Shown: in pieces, positions 24,259 through 32,745 of the stretch | Numbering within the stretch: the stretch's first letter is position 1 | Layout of the letters: every line of letters begins with the position of its first letter | Assembly: GCA_902774025.1 (NCBI GenBank) | Contig: CACYGY010000003.1 | Coordinates: 17,480 to 81,479, forward strand | DNA length: 64,000 nt | From: an uncultured Eubacteriales bacterium | GTDB lineage: Bacteria > Bacillota > Clostridia > Christensenellales > Aristaeellaceae | Direction of reading: 5' to 3' | The notes under the pieces: model-generated | Database searches by the model: none | What the model saw: only the letters and a program-made list of their open reading frames with translations | What the model was told of the DNA's origin: nothing | Position numbers and translations under genes: made by a program

Positions 24259-25356
24259 TTATCGGCTCATCCAGAGATAGACAATGCCGCCGATGACGGC
24301 TGCGACCAGGAGGACGGCAAGGATTACGCGGGGAACACTGACGGGCGCCTCGCCGCCGCACTGTCCGGTCTGTCCGTTGACCAGGACATGGTAGGACTTG
24401 TCCTTGTAGGCGAAGGAAGAAATATACATGGGAAGAAGGGAGAGCTTGTAGCGGACATGATCATGTTCTGAATCAATGGAGGAAACCTGAGCCTCATCGG
24501 CATGGGAGAGAATATCCTGACGGGCCATGTCCTGCATGGTTCTGCGGATCACATCCTGGGCTTCGGTCCAGCCCTGCTGGACATCCACGGCGGCCTTTTC
24601 AGCCAGGAAACCGGAGAGAAAGCCCGGCTGATAGCGGCACAGGCGGCGGAGATCGAAGGGCTGAACCTGCTTGAGAAGGCGCTGGGGAAGGCGCTGGGAA
24701 CCGGGAATCAGAATATCGAGGAACTGCTTTTCCACATAGCCGCTGGTGGGTTCCCAGCGGGTGCGCTGTTCCCGCCGGGTTTCCGTAACCTTTTTGCCGT
24801 TCCTCTCCACGGTTACCGGCACGTCCACGTAATAATGGTACCCGGCCTGGCCCGTATAATGGGTACGGGTATGGCTGTTATATGCCCAGTGGGGCATGTA
24901 TACCCCCAGAATCTGGCCCAGACTGGCCATTTTCTTGGCCTTGCCTGGGGCGAAGAGCTTGCCTTTGAGCCAGGTGCGGAAGGACCGGACGGCCTGTTCC
25001 ATGGGAACACAGAAGGGAATGACGCTCTCCGGGGCAATGCCGGCCCGGGCCTGATCCTCCAGGACCTGAGGAGAACCGCAGAAGGGGCAGAAGGAAGCGC
25101 TTTCATCCCTGCCCAGAATGGTCTGGGCGCCGCAGCCTCCGCATTTGACAACCCGCTTCTGATCGCCCCATTCTTCCATGTCCGCCGTGGGGGCAGTGCG
25201 GATATCGTAGACCAGGGGCGGGGTGGTGTCATGGGGGACTTCACTGGCGGTGCCGCAGAAAGGGCACTTCATTCCGGCGCTGGAAGGATCCCACACCGGG
25301 CGGGCGCCGCAGCCGGGGCATTTGAACTGCGTTGATTTTTCCAGAGTTTCTTCCAT
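24259..25356 (-). CDS. Double zinc-ribbon protein with a C-terminal transmembrane anchor
   Basis: CPGCG..CPFCG and CGGCG..CPFCG ribbons at the N-terminus, a central domain of about 230 aa, and a terminal helix VILAVLLVAAVIGGIVYLWM. ATG 25356 lies 8 nt after AGGAGG. Confidence 0.6.
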   Translation of the reverse strand: MEETLEKSTQFKCPGCGARPVWDPSSAGMKCPFCGTASEVPHDTTPPLVYDIRTAPTADMEEWGDQKRVVKCGGCGAQTILGRDESASFCPFCGSPQVLEDQARAGIAPESVIPFCVPMEQAVRSFRTWLKGKLFAPGKAKKMASLGQILGVYMPHWAYNSHTRTHYTGQAGYHYYVDVPVTVERNGKKVTETRREQRTRWEPTSGYVEKQFLDILIPGSQRLPQRLLKQVQPFDLRRLCRYQPGFLSGFLAEKAAVDVQQGWTEAQDVIRRTMQDMARQDILSHADEAQVSSIDSEHDHVRYKLSLLPMYISSFAYKDKSYHVLVNGQTGQCGGEAPVSVPRVILAVLLVAAVIGGIVYLWMSR

Positions 25357-25394
25357 GGGTTTTTCCTCCTGTCTCAGGGAAAACATTCGGCGCA

Positions 25395-25423
25395 AGTATA
25401 ACAGGAAAGGAAGAACCTTTCAA
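25395..25423 (-). promoter_or_regulatory. Promoter of the zinc-ribbon/TM protein and GPH symporter genes
   Basis: Minus strand reads TTGAAA, 17-nt spacer, TGtTATACT. Confidence 0.6.
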
Positions 25424-25475
25424 TGCGTGGAAGCGGAGGCGGGGAAAGAGAAAAGGAATCCGCCGCGGGGCAGGG

Positions 25476-26327
25476 TCAGGGCATACGGAGGAAGTACATG
25501 CCGTCAGGGCGCATCAGCAGGCCGTCGTAGAAGTCCAGGGACGCGTCGCGTTTCCCGTCCTCTGCGTGGATGACGCAGATCATGAAGCCGCCGGTGACAC
25601 TGGAGGCATTGGCTTTGCCGGTGACCATGCCTTCGGACAGGAGACGGCGCAGATCCTCCGTTTCTTCCTCCGTCATCTCCATGGGCAGATTCCCCTCCTC
25701 GCAGTCTGACAGATAGCAGACAATCCGGGCTTCGGTGAAGTCCAGACCCTCCAGGCCACAGAAGGAGCGGAGGGAGACGGGCCGGAACCCGTCGGGTCCC
25801 ATGGTCCCGCCGTAGCAGGTGACCTGAGGGAAGAGACTGCGCAGATACAGGTACAGGGCCTGGGCATTGGGATCGGTGTTTTCAAACCGGTCATCCCCGG
25901 ACATGCCCAGCAGAACGAAGATAGGGGTGCCGGAGCGGGTATAGCGGACGGCATAGCTGGATTCGGTGCCGGCGTCGCAGGCCGCAGGCTGGGCGGTTTT
26001 TCCCTGATCGGGGACGGAGGTGACCAGGCCTTTGAGGTCCGTCACGTCGTCATGTCTGAGCCGATCGACCGGTTCAGCCTCCGCCTTCCGGAGCCATGCA
26101 AGCTGTTCCTCAGGCTTTGAAGGCCATTTCAGGTCTGCGTCATGGCCGGTGATGAGATACAAATTTCCGTCGTCGGTCACCCATCCGATCTGGACCGCGT
26201 CTCCCCATCCCATCTGACGGTAACAGGTGTAGAGGATAATCTGCGGCTGGGCGGACAGGGCCGGGCATACGCCTGTCAGGATACAGAGGGCGAGAAGACA
26301 GGGAAGCCATATGCGGATCTTTTTCAT
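25476..26327 (-). CDS. Secreted protein, function unknown
   Basis: Signal peptide MKKIRIWLPCLLALCILTGVCPALSA and a strong SD (AAGGAGGAG). I recognise no motif. Confidence 0.55.
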   Translation of the reverse strand: MKKIRIWLPCLLALCILTGVCPALSAQPQIILYTCYRQMGWGDAVQIGWVTDDGNLYLITGHDADLKWPSKPEEQLAWLRKAEAEPVDRLRHDDVTDLKGLVTSVPDQGKTAQPAACDAGTESSYAVRYTRSGTPIFVLLGMSGDDRFENTDPNAQALYLYLRSLFPQVTCYGGTMGPDGFRPVSLRSFCGLEGLDFTEARIVCYLSDCEEGNLPMEMTEEETEDLRRLLSEGMVTGKANASSVTGGFMICVIHAEDGKRDASLDFYDGLLMRPDGMYFLRMP

Positions 26328-26467
26328 GGAATCTCCTCCTTACGAAACCCTGTGAGGTTTCACTTTACGGGACGGATGAACATGGAAAAAGTTCCCGCCG
26401 CCGGATGGACAGGGTCTTTGACGCCCCAAGCCATTCACGGTCGGGGGAGGGGTTTCCCTGCCCCGCA

Positions 26468-26496
26468 TTGATTTCTGCCTGTTCATCGTATACACT
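26468..26496 (+). promoter_or_regulatory. Promoter of the L,D-transpeptidase gene
   Basis: TTGATT, 17-nt spacer, TACACT. Confidence 0.45.
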
Positions 26497-26529
26497 GAAA
26501 AGGCGTATCTATACGGGAAGGAGTTTTCT

Positions 26530-28188
26530 ATGGGGAAACGGGCGATACTCTGTCTTCTGTTCTGTCTTCTGTGGACCGCATGGGCACAGGCGGGAACCTG
26601 GCAGAGTGACATGGTGGAGATTCACCTGGGAGAATCCCGGGATGTGTTTTTTGATGGCGGGGGGAAGACGGTCTATCTCACCGACGGGGACGGCCGGGCG
26701 CTGTCCACCCTGGAGATTGTCCGGGAGGAGACGGCCGGCAGGGTTACGCTGGATACGTCAGGTCTGGAAATCGGACATTACCGTCTGTTCCTCACCGGCG
26801 AGGGTGCGGCGGAGAGCATGGATGTGCAGATTCTGCCGCCTCTGCCGGAAATTCTGTTCGCGGATGCCCCGGAGGTCTATTCCGATACCTTTCAGATTCA
26901 GGCCAGTGTCAACGTACCCGGAACACTGCAGGTCATGGACGGGGAAAGGGTGCTGGGGGAGGTTCAGGCCCGGGCAGGGGATACCACCTTCCTGAATCTG
27001 CGGGAGAGTCCGGGAAGCGGCATGAAGGAACTGACCCTGGTTCTCCGGGATGAGCGGGGACAGCGTTCAGGGCTGTATGTGCTGGACGTGCTGTTTCCGG
27101 AGCCGGAACCTGCCCACAGAGCGCAGGATCAGGTGATCCGGACGCCCTCGGAGCTCAGCGGTGTGGATTGCGGAGAAACCATGTCCTTCTGGAATCTGCC
27201 CATGGATATCCGTGAGGAGGAGAAGATCTGGCAGGTTCTGACAAGCCCTGTCACGGTGCTGTCCGGGAATGAACGGCACCAGTACAGGGTGCGCAGGGAG
27301 GCGGACGAAAACTGCACGGAATATACGGGTGAGGTGACCTGCGAGAGCCAGGGGGTGCAGGTTCTGGAGACCGCGGGAGAATGGACGAGGATTCTGGCTT
27401 ATTCTTCCTCCGTGGAAGGCAGCCGGGTAGGCGTGTTTTCCAAATGCTTTACCGGCTATGTGGAGACGTCCCTTCTGAAGGAAAAAGAAGTCAGCCAGGA
27501 AATCGGCCTGGTGGTGGACAAGCTCCAGCAGCGGCTGTATGTGTTTCGCAACGGCCATCTCTTCAGCACGCTTCTGTGTTCCACGGGATACGCCAGGGCG
27601 GATACGCCCTTCCATGAAACGCCCGCGGGGGAATATCTGGCCATTTCCCATACCGGCGGATTCTGGGCCGGGAATCTTTTCTGCGACATGGGCATCCGCA
27701 TCAATGACGGTATTCTTCTTCACGAGGTGCCCTGCACCATTGAGGAGGCGGAGGACGGCAGTCAGGTACGGCATTATGAGCGGTGCGAGTATTATCTGGG
27801 GGAAAAGGCCAGTCACGGATGCATCCGGATTCAGAAAGAGCGAACACCGCAGGGAGTCAATATGAAATGGCTCTGGGAAAACATGCCCAGAAGCGGCAAC
27901 CGGGCAAAGGTGATCATATGGGATGATTCGGACAGAACACTGGTTCCCGCATCTGATGACTGGCCTCTGTACTATAATCCCGACAATGGCCGGCAGTATC
28001 ATTCCGATCCCTATTGCAGCCTGGTAAATCAGAAATTCCTTCCCCTGACCGGGTTTACCTACGGTGAGCTGGAAGAGGGACGGTACGCCTCCCTGTCCGT
28101 GTGCCCGGGCTGTTCTCCGGAAGCCCGTGCAGCGGAGGTGGAGGTCATGAACCGCAAGAACAAAGGCCATGCCTATGGGGATTCCTGA
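26530..28188 (+). CDS. L,D-transpeptidase (YkuD) family protein with N-terminal Ig-like and C-terminal extra domains
   Basis: Signal peptide plus the catalytic YkuD motif LLHEVP...ASHGCIRIQ. GAAGGAG SD. Confidence 0.75.
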   Translation: MGKRAILCLLFCLLWTAWAQAGTWQSDMVEIHLGESRDVFFDGGGKTVYLTDGDGRALSTLEIVREETAGRVTLDTSGLEIGHYRLFLTGEGAAESMDVQILPPLPEILFADAPEVYSDTFQIQASVNVPGTLQVMDGERVLGEVQARAGDTTFLNLRESPGSGMKELTLVLRDERGQRSGLYVLDVLFPEPEPAHRAQDQVIRTPSELSGVDCGETMSFWNLPMDIREEEKIWQVLTSPVTVLSGNERHQYRVRREADENCTEYTGEVTCESQGVQVLETAGEWTRILAYSSSVEGSRVGVFSKCFTGYVETSLLKEKEVSQEIGLVVDKLQQRLYVFRNGHLFSTLLCSTGYARADTPFHETPAGEYLAISHTGGFWAGNLFCDMGIRINDGILLHEVPCTIEEAEDGSQVRHYERCEYYLGEKASHGCIRIQKERTPQGVNMKWLWENMPRSGNRAKVIIWDDSDRTLVPASDDWPLYYNPDNGRQYHSDPYCSLVNQKFLPLTGFTYGELEEGRYASLSVCPGCSPEARAAEVEVMNRKNKGHAYGDS

Positions 28189-28201
28189 GAAGTGGGAAAG
28201 C

Positions 28202-28226
28202 AAAAAGTCCGCCTGGCGGACTTTTT
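28202..28226. terminator. Bidirectional terminator between the L,D-transpeptidase and PreA-like genes
   Basis: AAAAAGTCCGCC/GGCGGACTTTTT palindrome. Confidence 0.75.
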
Positions 28227-28240
28227 GTGTGAAACCGATT

Positions 28241-29755
28241 TCACCTTTTCCTGGAAGACAGAGGGACGCGCTTGCTGCCGGGGGCAATGGCCCGCTGAGG
28301 GCATACAAGGACACACAGGTGGCAGCCGACGCACCGGGCGCCATTGAGAACGGGATGCCTGTCCTCATCGGGGATGAGGGCCTGATGGCCGCCGTCCTGA
28401 CAGGAGACGACACAGCGCCCGCAGCCTATGCAGCGCTCAGGGATGAACTGGGGATAGATGACGGTGTCCCGCTCCAGCATCTCCGCAGAAGAAGTCAGGT
28501 TATCCAGGCCCAGCCCCACGGCTTCCCGGACATTGCGGAAGCCTTTTTCCGTGAGATAGAGGTTCAGTCCGCTCTTCAGATCCTCGATGATCCTCTGGCC
28601 GTACTGCATGACGGCCGTGGTCACCTGAATGGAACTGGCGCCCATCAGGATGAACTCCAGGGCGTCCATCCACGTCTCCACACCGCCCATGGCGGACAGG
28701 TGCAGCCCCTTCAGCGCAGGGTCCTTTCCCAGTTCCGCGATGAACCGCAGGGCAATGGGACGCACCGCGTTGCCGCTGTATCCGCCGGATACCCCCAGGC
28801 CCCTGACGGCCGGGGCGGATACGTAGGTATGCGGGTTGACGCCGATAATGGACTGAATGGTATTGATGGCTGAGAGGCCGCGGGCGCCGCCCCGGAGGGC
28901 AGCTTCCCCCGCGGGTGCCATGGAGTCCACGTTGGGGGTCAGCTTGGCCAGCACGGGAATGGAGCAGCCGCGGACGGCGGAGGCAGTGTACTCCTCCACC
29001 AGTTCCGGCACCTGTCCGATGGACAGGCCCAGGGTGGATTCCACCAGATTGGGACAGGAGAAGTTCAGCTCCACGGCATCCGCACCGTTGTCCTCGCACA
29101 TCCGGGAAAGGACACCCCACTCCTCGGTGTCCCTGCCCATGATGGAGGCCATGATGAACTTGCCGGGGAATTCCTTTTTCAGATGACGGAAACAGGCCAT
29201 GTTCTCCGCCACGCTGTGGTCCGAAAGCTGCTCAATGTTCTTGAAGCCCATGATGCTTCCGCCGTCGCCGGAGATGGCGGAATAACGGGGACTGGCCTCA
29301 TGGATATCCAGATTGGAAACGGTCTTGAAGCATATGCCGGCCCATCCCGCCCTCAGAGCCCGGGCGCACATGTCATGATTGCTGGACACCACGGAGGAGG
29401 CGAGGAGGAAAGGGTTTTCCAGCGGAACGCCGCACAGTTCGCACTGAAGGCGGCTGTCATCCTCCGGCAGGGGTGTTTCACATTCCGGCAGAACCTGATA
29501 GTACAGGCGGTTGATCAGCTCCCGGATGGGTATTTCCCCGGGACGCACGCAGGCCTGCTCACAGGGCGCGGCACAGGTCAGGCAGGGGTTTTCCGGGGGA
29601 AGCGAAAGGGCGGCGCTCTGCTCATTACGGAACCAGATGCTGCGCAGGAGACTGCCGGGCTTGATTTTTTCACAGGCAGCACTGCAGCGGGGCGAAGTAC
29701 ACAGGGCACAGCGGATCATGTCGGAACGGGTAATGGTCATCTCCGTGTGAATCAT
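28241..29755 (-). CDS. Dihydropyrimidine/dihydroorotate dehydrogenase-like (PreA-type) flavoprotein with Fe-S motifs at both ends
   Basis: Central class-1 DHOD/DPD TIM-barrel pattern (NPFLLASS, ELNFSCPN, GGVSGG..RPIAL, GGVETW). The C-terminus has two ferredoxin motifs (CIGCGRCVVSC, CVGCHLCVLVCP). The N-terminus has two extra four-Cys clusters. Confidence 0.7.
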   Translation of the reverse strand: MIHTEMTITRSDMIRCALCTSPRCSAACEKIKPGSLLRSIWFRNEQSAALSLPPENPCLTCAAPCEQACVRPGEIPIRELINRLYYQVLPECETPLPEDDSRLQCELCGVPLENPFLLASSVVSSNHDMCARALRAGWAGICFKTVSNLDIHEASPRYSAISGDGGSIMGFKNIEQLSDHSVAENMACFRHLKKEFPGKFIMASIMGRDTEEWGVLSRMCEDNGADAVELNFSCPNLVESTLGLSIGQVPELVEEYTASAVRGCSIPVLAKLTPNVDSMAPAGEAALRGGARGLSAINTIQSIIGVNPHTYVSAPAVRGLGVSGGYSGNAVRPIALRFIAELGKDPALKGLHLSAMGGVETWMDALEFILMGASSIQVTTAVMQYGQRIIEDLKSGLNLYLTEKGFRNVREAVGLGLDNLTSSAEMLERDTVIYPQFIPERCIGCGRCVVSCQDGGHQALIPDEDRHPVLNGARCVGCHLCVLVCPQRAIAPGSKRVPLSSRKR

Positions 29756-29768
29756 TCTGGCAGCCTCC

Positions 29769-30416
29769 TTATGGAGAAATTGTATGGACGGCGTTCATGT
29801 GTACGGGGAACTGGAAACAGGTATCCGGAAAGGGCTCCCTTTCCAGTGTGAAATGCCACCACTCCGATGAGATAGCGCGGAAACCGCACCGGGTCATGAC
29901 CTGCCGCAGGCGCATGCGGTTTTCGCGCTGCAGGGGTGTCAGGCCGGGGTATTCCGTATGGCTCAGCTCACCGAAGAAGTCGAAAGGCCCGCCCATGTCC
30001 AGCTCCTGCTGGGTTTTCATATCCACCAGGGTCAGATCCACCGTGCTGCCCCGGGTATGGGCGGAACGTCGGGCGAGATAGCCCCGGGGAAACAGATCCT
30101 TCTTCTCCAGGTCCGGATAAAACAGGGATTTCATGGCTGCGTCCTCCGTCTCCGCCCAGGCCATGAAAAAGTCCACGGCGCACTGAGGCCGGTAGGCATC
30201 CCAGATCTTCAGTGTCAGTCCGTCGCTCCGGACAAGGTCACAGACCTGCTTCATCGCCTCCGCGGCCTGACGGGTGAGGATGGCAACGGGCTGAAGGTAT
30301 CCGGGGATCCGCTGCCCGGTAAAATTGAAGGCGCTGTAATACCGGATATCCAGCAGGACAGATGGCACCAGGTCGGTGAGCAGGACAAAATCCGGCGCGC
30401 CGGTGGATTCTTGCAT
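29769..30416 (-). CDS. D-alanyl-D-alanine dipeptidase (VanX/DdpX, M15D)
   Basis: VanX-family motifs AYRP, SAHTRGSTVDLTL and EWWHF. ATG 30416 lies 5 nt after AAGGAGAA. Confidence 0.85.
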   Translation of the reverse strand: MQESTGAPDFVLLTDLVPSVLLDIRYYSAFNFTGQRIPGYLQPVAILTRQAAEAMKQVCDLVRSDGLTLKIWDAYRPQCAVDFFMAWAETEDAAMKSLFYPDLEKKDLFPRGYLARRSAHTRGSTVDLTLVDMKTQQELDMGGPFDFFGELSHTEYPGLTPLQRENRMRLRQVMTRCGFRAISSEWWHFTLEREPFPDTCFQFPVHMNAVHTISP

Positions 30417-30462
30417 GGCGTTTCTCCTTTGAGCGGGCTGAAAGATGAGACTTGCTTTTTCC

Positions 30463-30491
30463 ATTTTAAACGATATTGGCTCCGGAATCAA
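30463..30491 (-). promoter_or_regulatory. Promoter of the VanX-like / PreA-like gene pair
   Basis: Minus strand reads TTGATT, 17-nt spacer, TAAAAT, located between the uxaC terminator and the dipeptidase SD. Confidence 0.6.
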
Positions 30492-30524
30492 AGGGTGGAG
30501 AAAAAAATCATCCGGTCCGCCGGT

Positions 30525-30561
30525 AGAAGAAAAGGGCAGACAATGCGTGCACTGTCTGCCC
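30525..30561 (-). terminator. Intrinsic terminator after uxaC
   Basis: Minus strand reads GGGCAGACA-GTGCACGCAT-TGTCTGCCC followed by TTTTCTTCT. Confidence 0.75.
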
Positions 30562-30577
30562 GTGAGGCCGGAGGAGA

Positions 30578-31990
30578 TCAGTTCTTGCGGGCAAAGCGGA
30601 AATAGTTTCTGGCATTGTTGTAACTGATATCCGCCACAATCTTTTTCAGGGTTTCCATGTCATCGGGATAGAAGCCCTGTTCCACCCACTCGCCGAAGAG
30701 ACGGCAAAGAATCCGGCGGAAATACTCATGCCGGGGATAGCTCAGGAAGGAACGGCTGTCGGTGAGCATGCCCACAAATCCGGCCAGATAGCCCAGGCTG
30801 GCCAGGGAGCGGAGATGATCCGTCATGCCGTCGAAGTGATCATTGAACCACCAGGCGGAGCCGTGCTGGATCCTGCCTACAGCTTCGCTGTTCTGGAAAC
30901 AGCCCAGGATGGTGTCAATGGCGGCGTTGTCGCAGGTGTTCAGGGAGTAGAGGATGGTCCTGGGCAGCTTGCCCATATCCTCCAGAGCGCCCATGAAGGC
31001 CGCGGTCTGAGTGGAAGGCGCGGTGTTGTCCACGCAGTCAAAGCCGGTGTCCGGGCCCAGGTCCCGGAAGGTAACGGGATTGTTGTTCCGGCGGCAGCCA
31101 TAGTGCAGCTGCATGACCCAGCCCCGGTCATGATATTCCCCGGCCAGGAAGGTCATGCAGGCGAACCTGAACACGGCGGATTCCTGGGGCGTGGGCATGA
31201 CGTTCTCCAGACGGGCCTTGAAAATGCGTTCCACTTCCTCTTCGGGAGCGGGGGCGTACATGACATAGTCCAGGCCGTGATCGGAGAGGCTGCAGTTGTG
31301 GGCGGCAAAGAAATCAAGACGGCGCTTCAGGGCCTCCTTCAGGTCTGAAACGGAAGCGATTTTCATGCCTGCGGCCTTCTCCAGTTCTCTGAGGTAATCC
31401 ACGTAGGAGAGTTTGTCCAGGTCAATGGCTTTGTCCGGACGCCAGGCGGGGAGCACGGTGACGGGGAAGGAACTGTCCGCGGCCAGTTTTTCGTGCCAGA
31501 TGAGGTCGTCCACGGGGTCATCCGTGGTGCAGATGGTGTCCACATGACTCATCTGAATCAGGCCGCGGCTGGTGTAACCGGGACTCCGAAGCTTTTCGTT
31601 GGCCAGCTTCCAGACTTCCGGTGCGGTTTTCGCATTGAGAATGCCGTCATAGCCGAAGAAACGGCGCAGTTCCAGGTGAGACCAGTGATGCAGGGGATTG
31701 CCGATGGAATTCCCCAGCACTTCCGCGTACTTCAGGAACTTTTCCTCATCCGGCGCGTTTCCGGTGATGTACTTCTCCTCCACCCCGGCGCTGCGCATGA
31801 GTCTCCACTTGTAGTGGTCGCCCCCCAGCCAGACCTGGGTGATGTTGTCATAGCGGATATCCATGTAGATTTCCCGGGGGCTGAGGTGACAGTGATAGTC
31901 AATAATGGGGCACTTTTCCGCCACCTCATGATAGAGCTCCCTGGCACATTCCGTGTTCAGCAGGAAATCCTGATCCATAAATGCGCGCAT
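30578..31990 (-). CDS. uxaC: Glucuronate isomerase
   Basis: N-terminus MRAFMDQDFLLNTECARELYH...IIDYHCHL is characteristic of UxaC, with a length of about 470 aa. Confidence 0.95.
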   Translation of the reverse strand: MRAFMDQDFLLNTECARELYHEVAEKCPIIDYHCHLSPREIYMDIRYDNITQVWLGGDHYKWRLMRSAGVEEKYITGNAPDEEKFLKYAEVLGNSIGNPLHHWSHLELRRFFGYDGILNAKTAPEVWKLANEKLRSPGYTSRGLIQMSHVDTICTTDDPVDDLIWHEKLAADSSFPVTVLPAWRPDKAIDLDKLSYVDYLRELEKAAGMKIASVSDLKEALKRRLDFFAAHNCSLSDHGLDYVMYAPAPEEEVERIFKARLENVMPTPQESAVFRFACMTFLAGEYHDRGWVMQLHYGCRRNNNPVTFRDLGPDTGFDCVDNTAPSTQTAAFMGALEDMGKLPRTILYSLNTCDNAAIDTILGCFQNSEAVGRIQHGSAWWFNDHFDGMTDHLRSLASLGYLAGFVGMLTDSRSFLSYPRHEYFRRILCRLFGEWVEQGFYPDDMETLKKIVADISYNNARNYFRFARKN

Positions 31991-32022
31991 TCTATTCCTC
32001 CTGACCAGTCTGACTGGCTGTT

Positions 32023-32661
32023 TCAGCCCCGGATTTCCCGGGCGATGCCGGCCGCTTCACGGACCAGGCGTTCAATCTCGTCAAATTTGCCTTCCTTTAC
32101 CAGACTGCCGCTGACCATCCAGCTGCCGCCGCAGGCCACGATCCGGTCATAGGCCAGATAATCCCGCACATTGGCCGCATTGATGCCTCCGGTGGGCATG
32201 AAGCGAAGGTTCACATAGGCCGCCGCCAGGGCCTTGATCATCTTCAGACCGCCGGAGGGCTCCGCCGGGAAGAATTTCAGGACGTCCAGGCCCAGTTCCA
32301 TGGCTGCCTCGATTTCTGTGGGTGTGCAGACACCGGGCGTCATGGGAACGCCCTTCTTCAGAACATGCTCGGTGACCCGGGGATTGAATCCGGGGCTGAC
32401 CACGAAGGTGGCACCGGCGTCAATGGCCCGGTCCGCCTGCTCAATGGTAAGCACCGTGCCGGCGCCGATGATCATGTCCGGGTAGGCTTTGGCCATGCGG
32501 CGGATGGATTCCTCCGCGGCATCGGTGCGGAAGGTGACCTCGGCGCAGGGCAGGCCGCCCGCCATGAGCTTTTCGCCCAGAGGGAGGGCATCCCCGGCAT
32601 CATTGAGCACCACGACGGGCACGATGCCGATGGTCTGAAGCCGTTTCATCATTTCTGTCAT
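32023..32661 (-). CDS. eda: KDPG / 4-hydroxy-2-oxoglutarate aldolase
   Basis: Eda pattern GIVPVV..., EVTFRT, GAGTVL, LKFFPAE (Schiff-base Lys context) and PTGGI. ATG 32661 lies 6 nt after AGGAGG. Confidence 0.9.
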   Translation of the reverse strand: MTEMMKRLQTIGIVPVVVLNDAGDALPLGEKLMAGGLPCAEVTFRTDAAEESIRRMAKAYPDMIIGAGTVLTIEQADRAIDAGATFVVSPGFNPRVTEHVLKKGVPMTPGVCTPTEIEAAMELGLDVLKFFPAEPSGGLKMIKALAAAYVNLRFMPTGGINAANVRDYLAYDRIVACGGSWMVSGSLVKEGKFDEIERLVREAAGIAREIRG

Positions 32662-32745
32662 GCTGATTTCCTCCTTGACGATGGACGTGCAAAAACGACA
32701 AAAGTATTTAACCACATCCGTCCTGAAAAGAAAAGGGCTGTTTTC

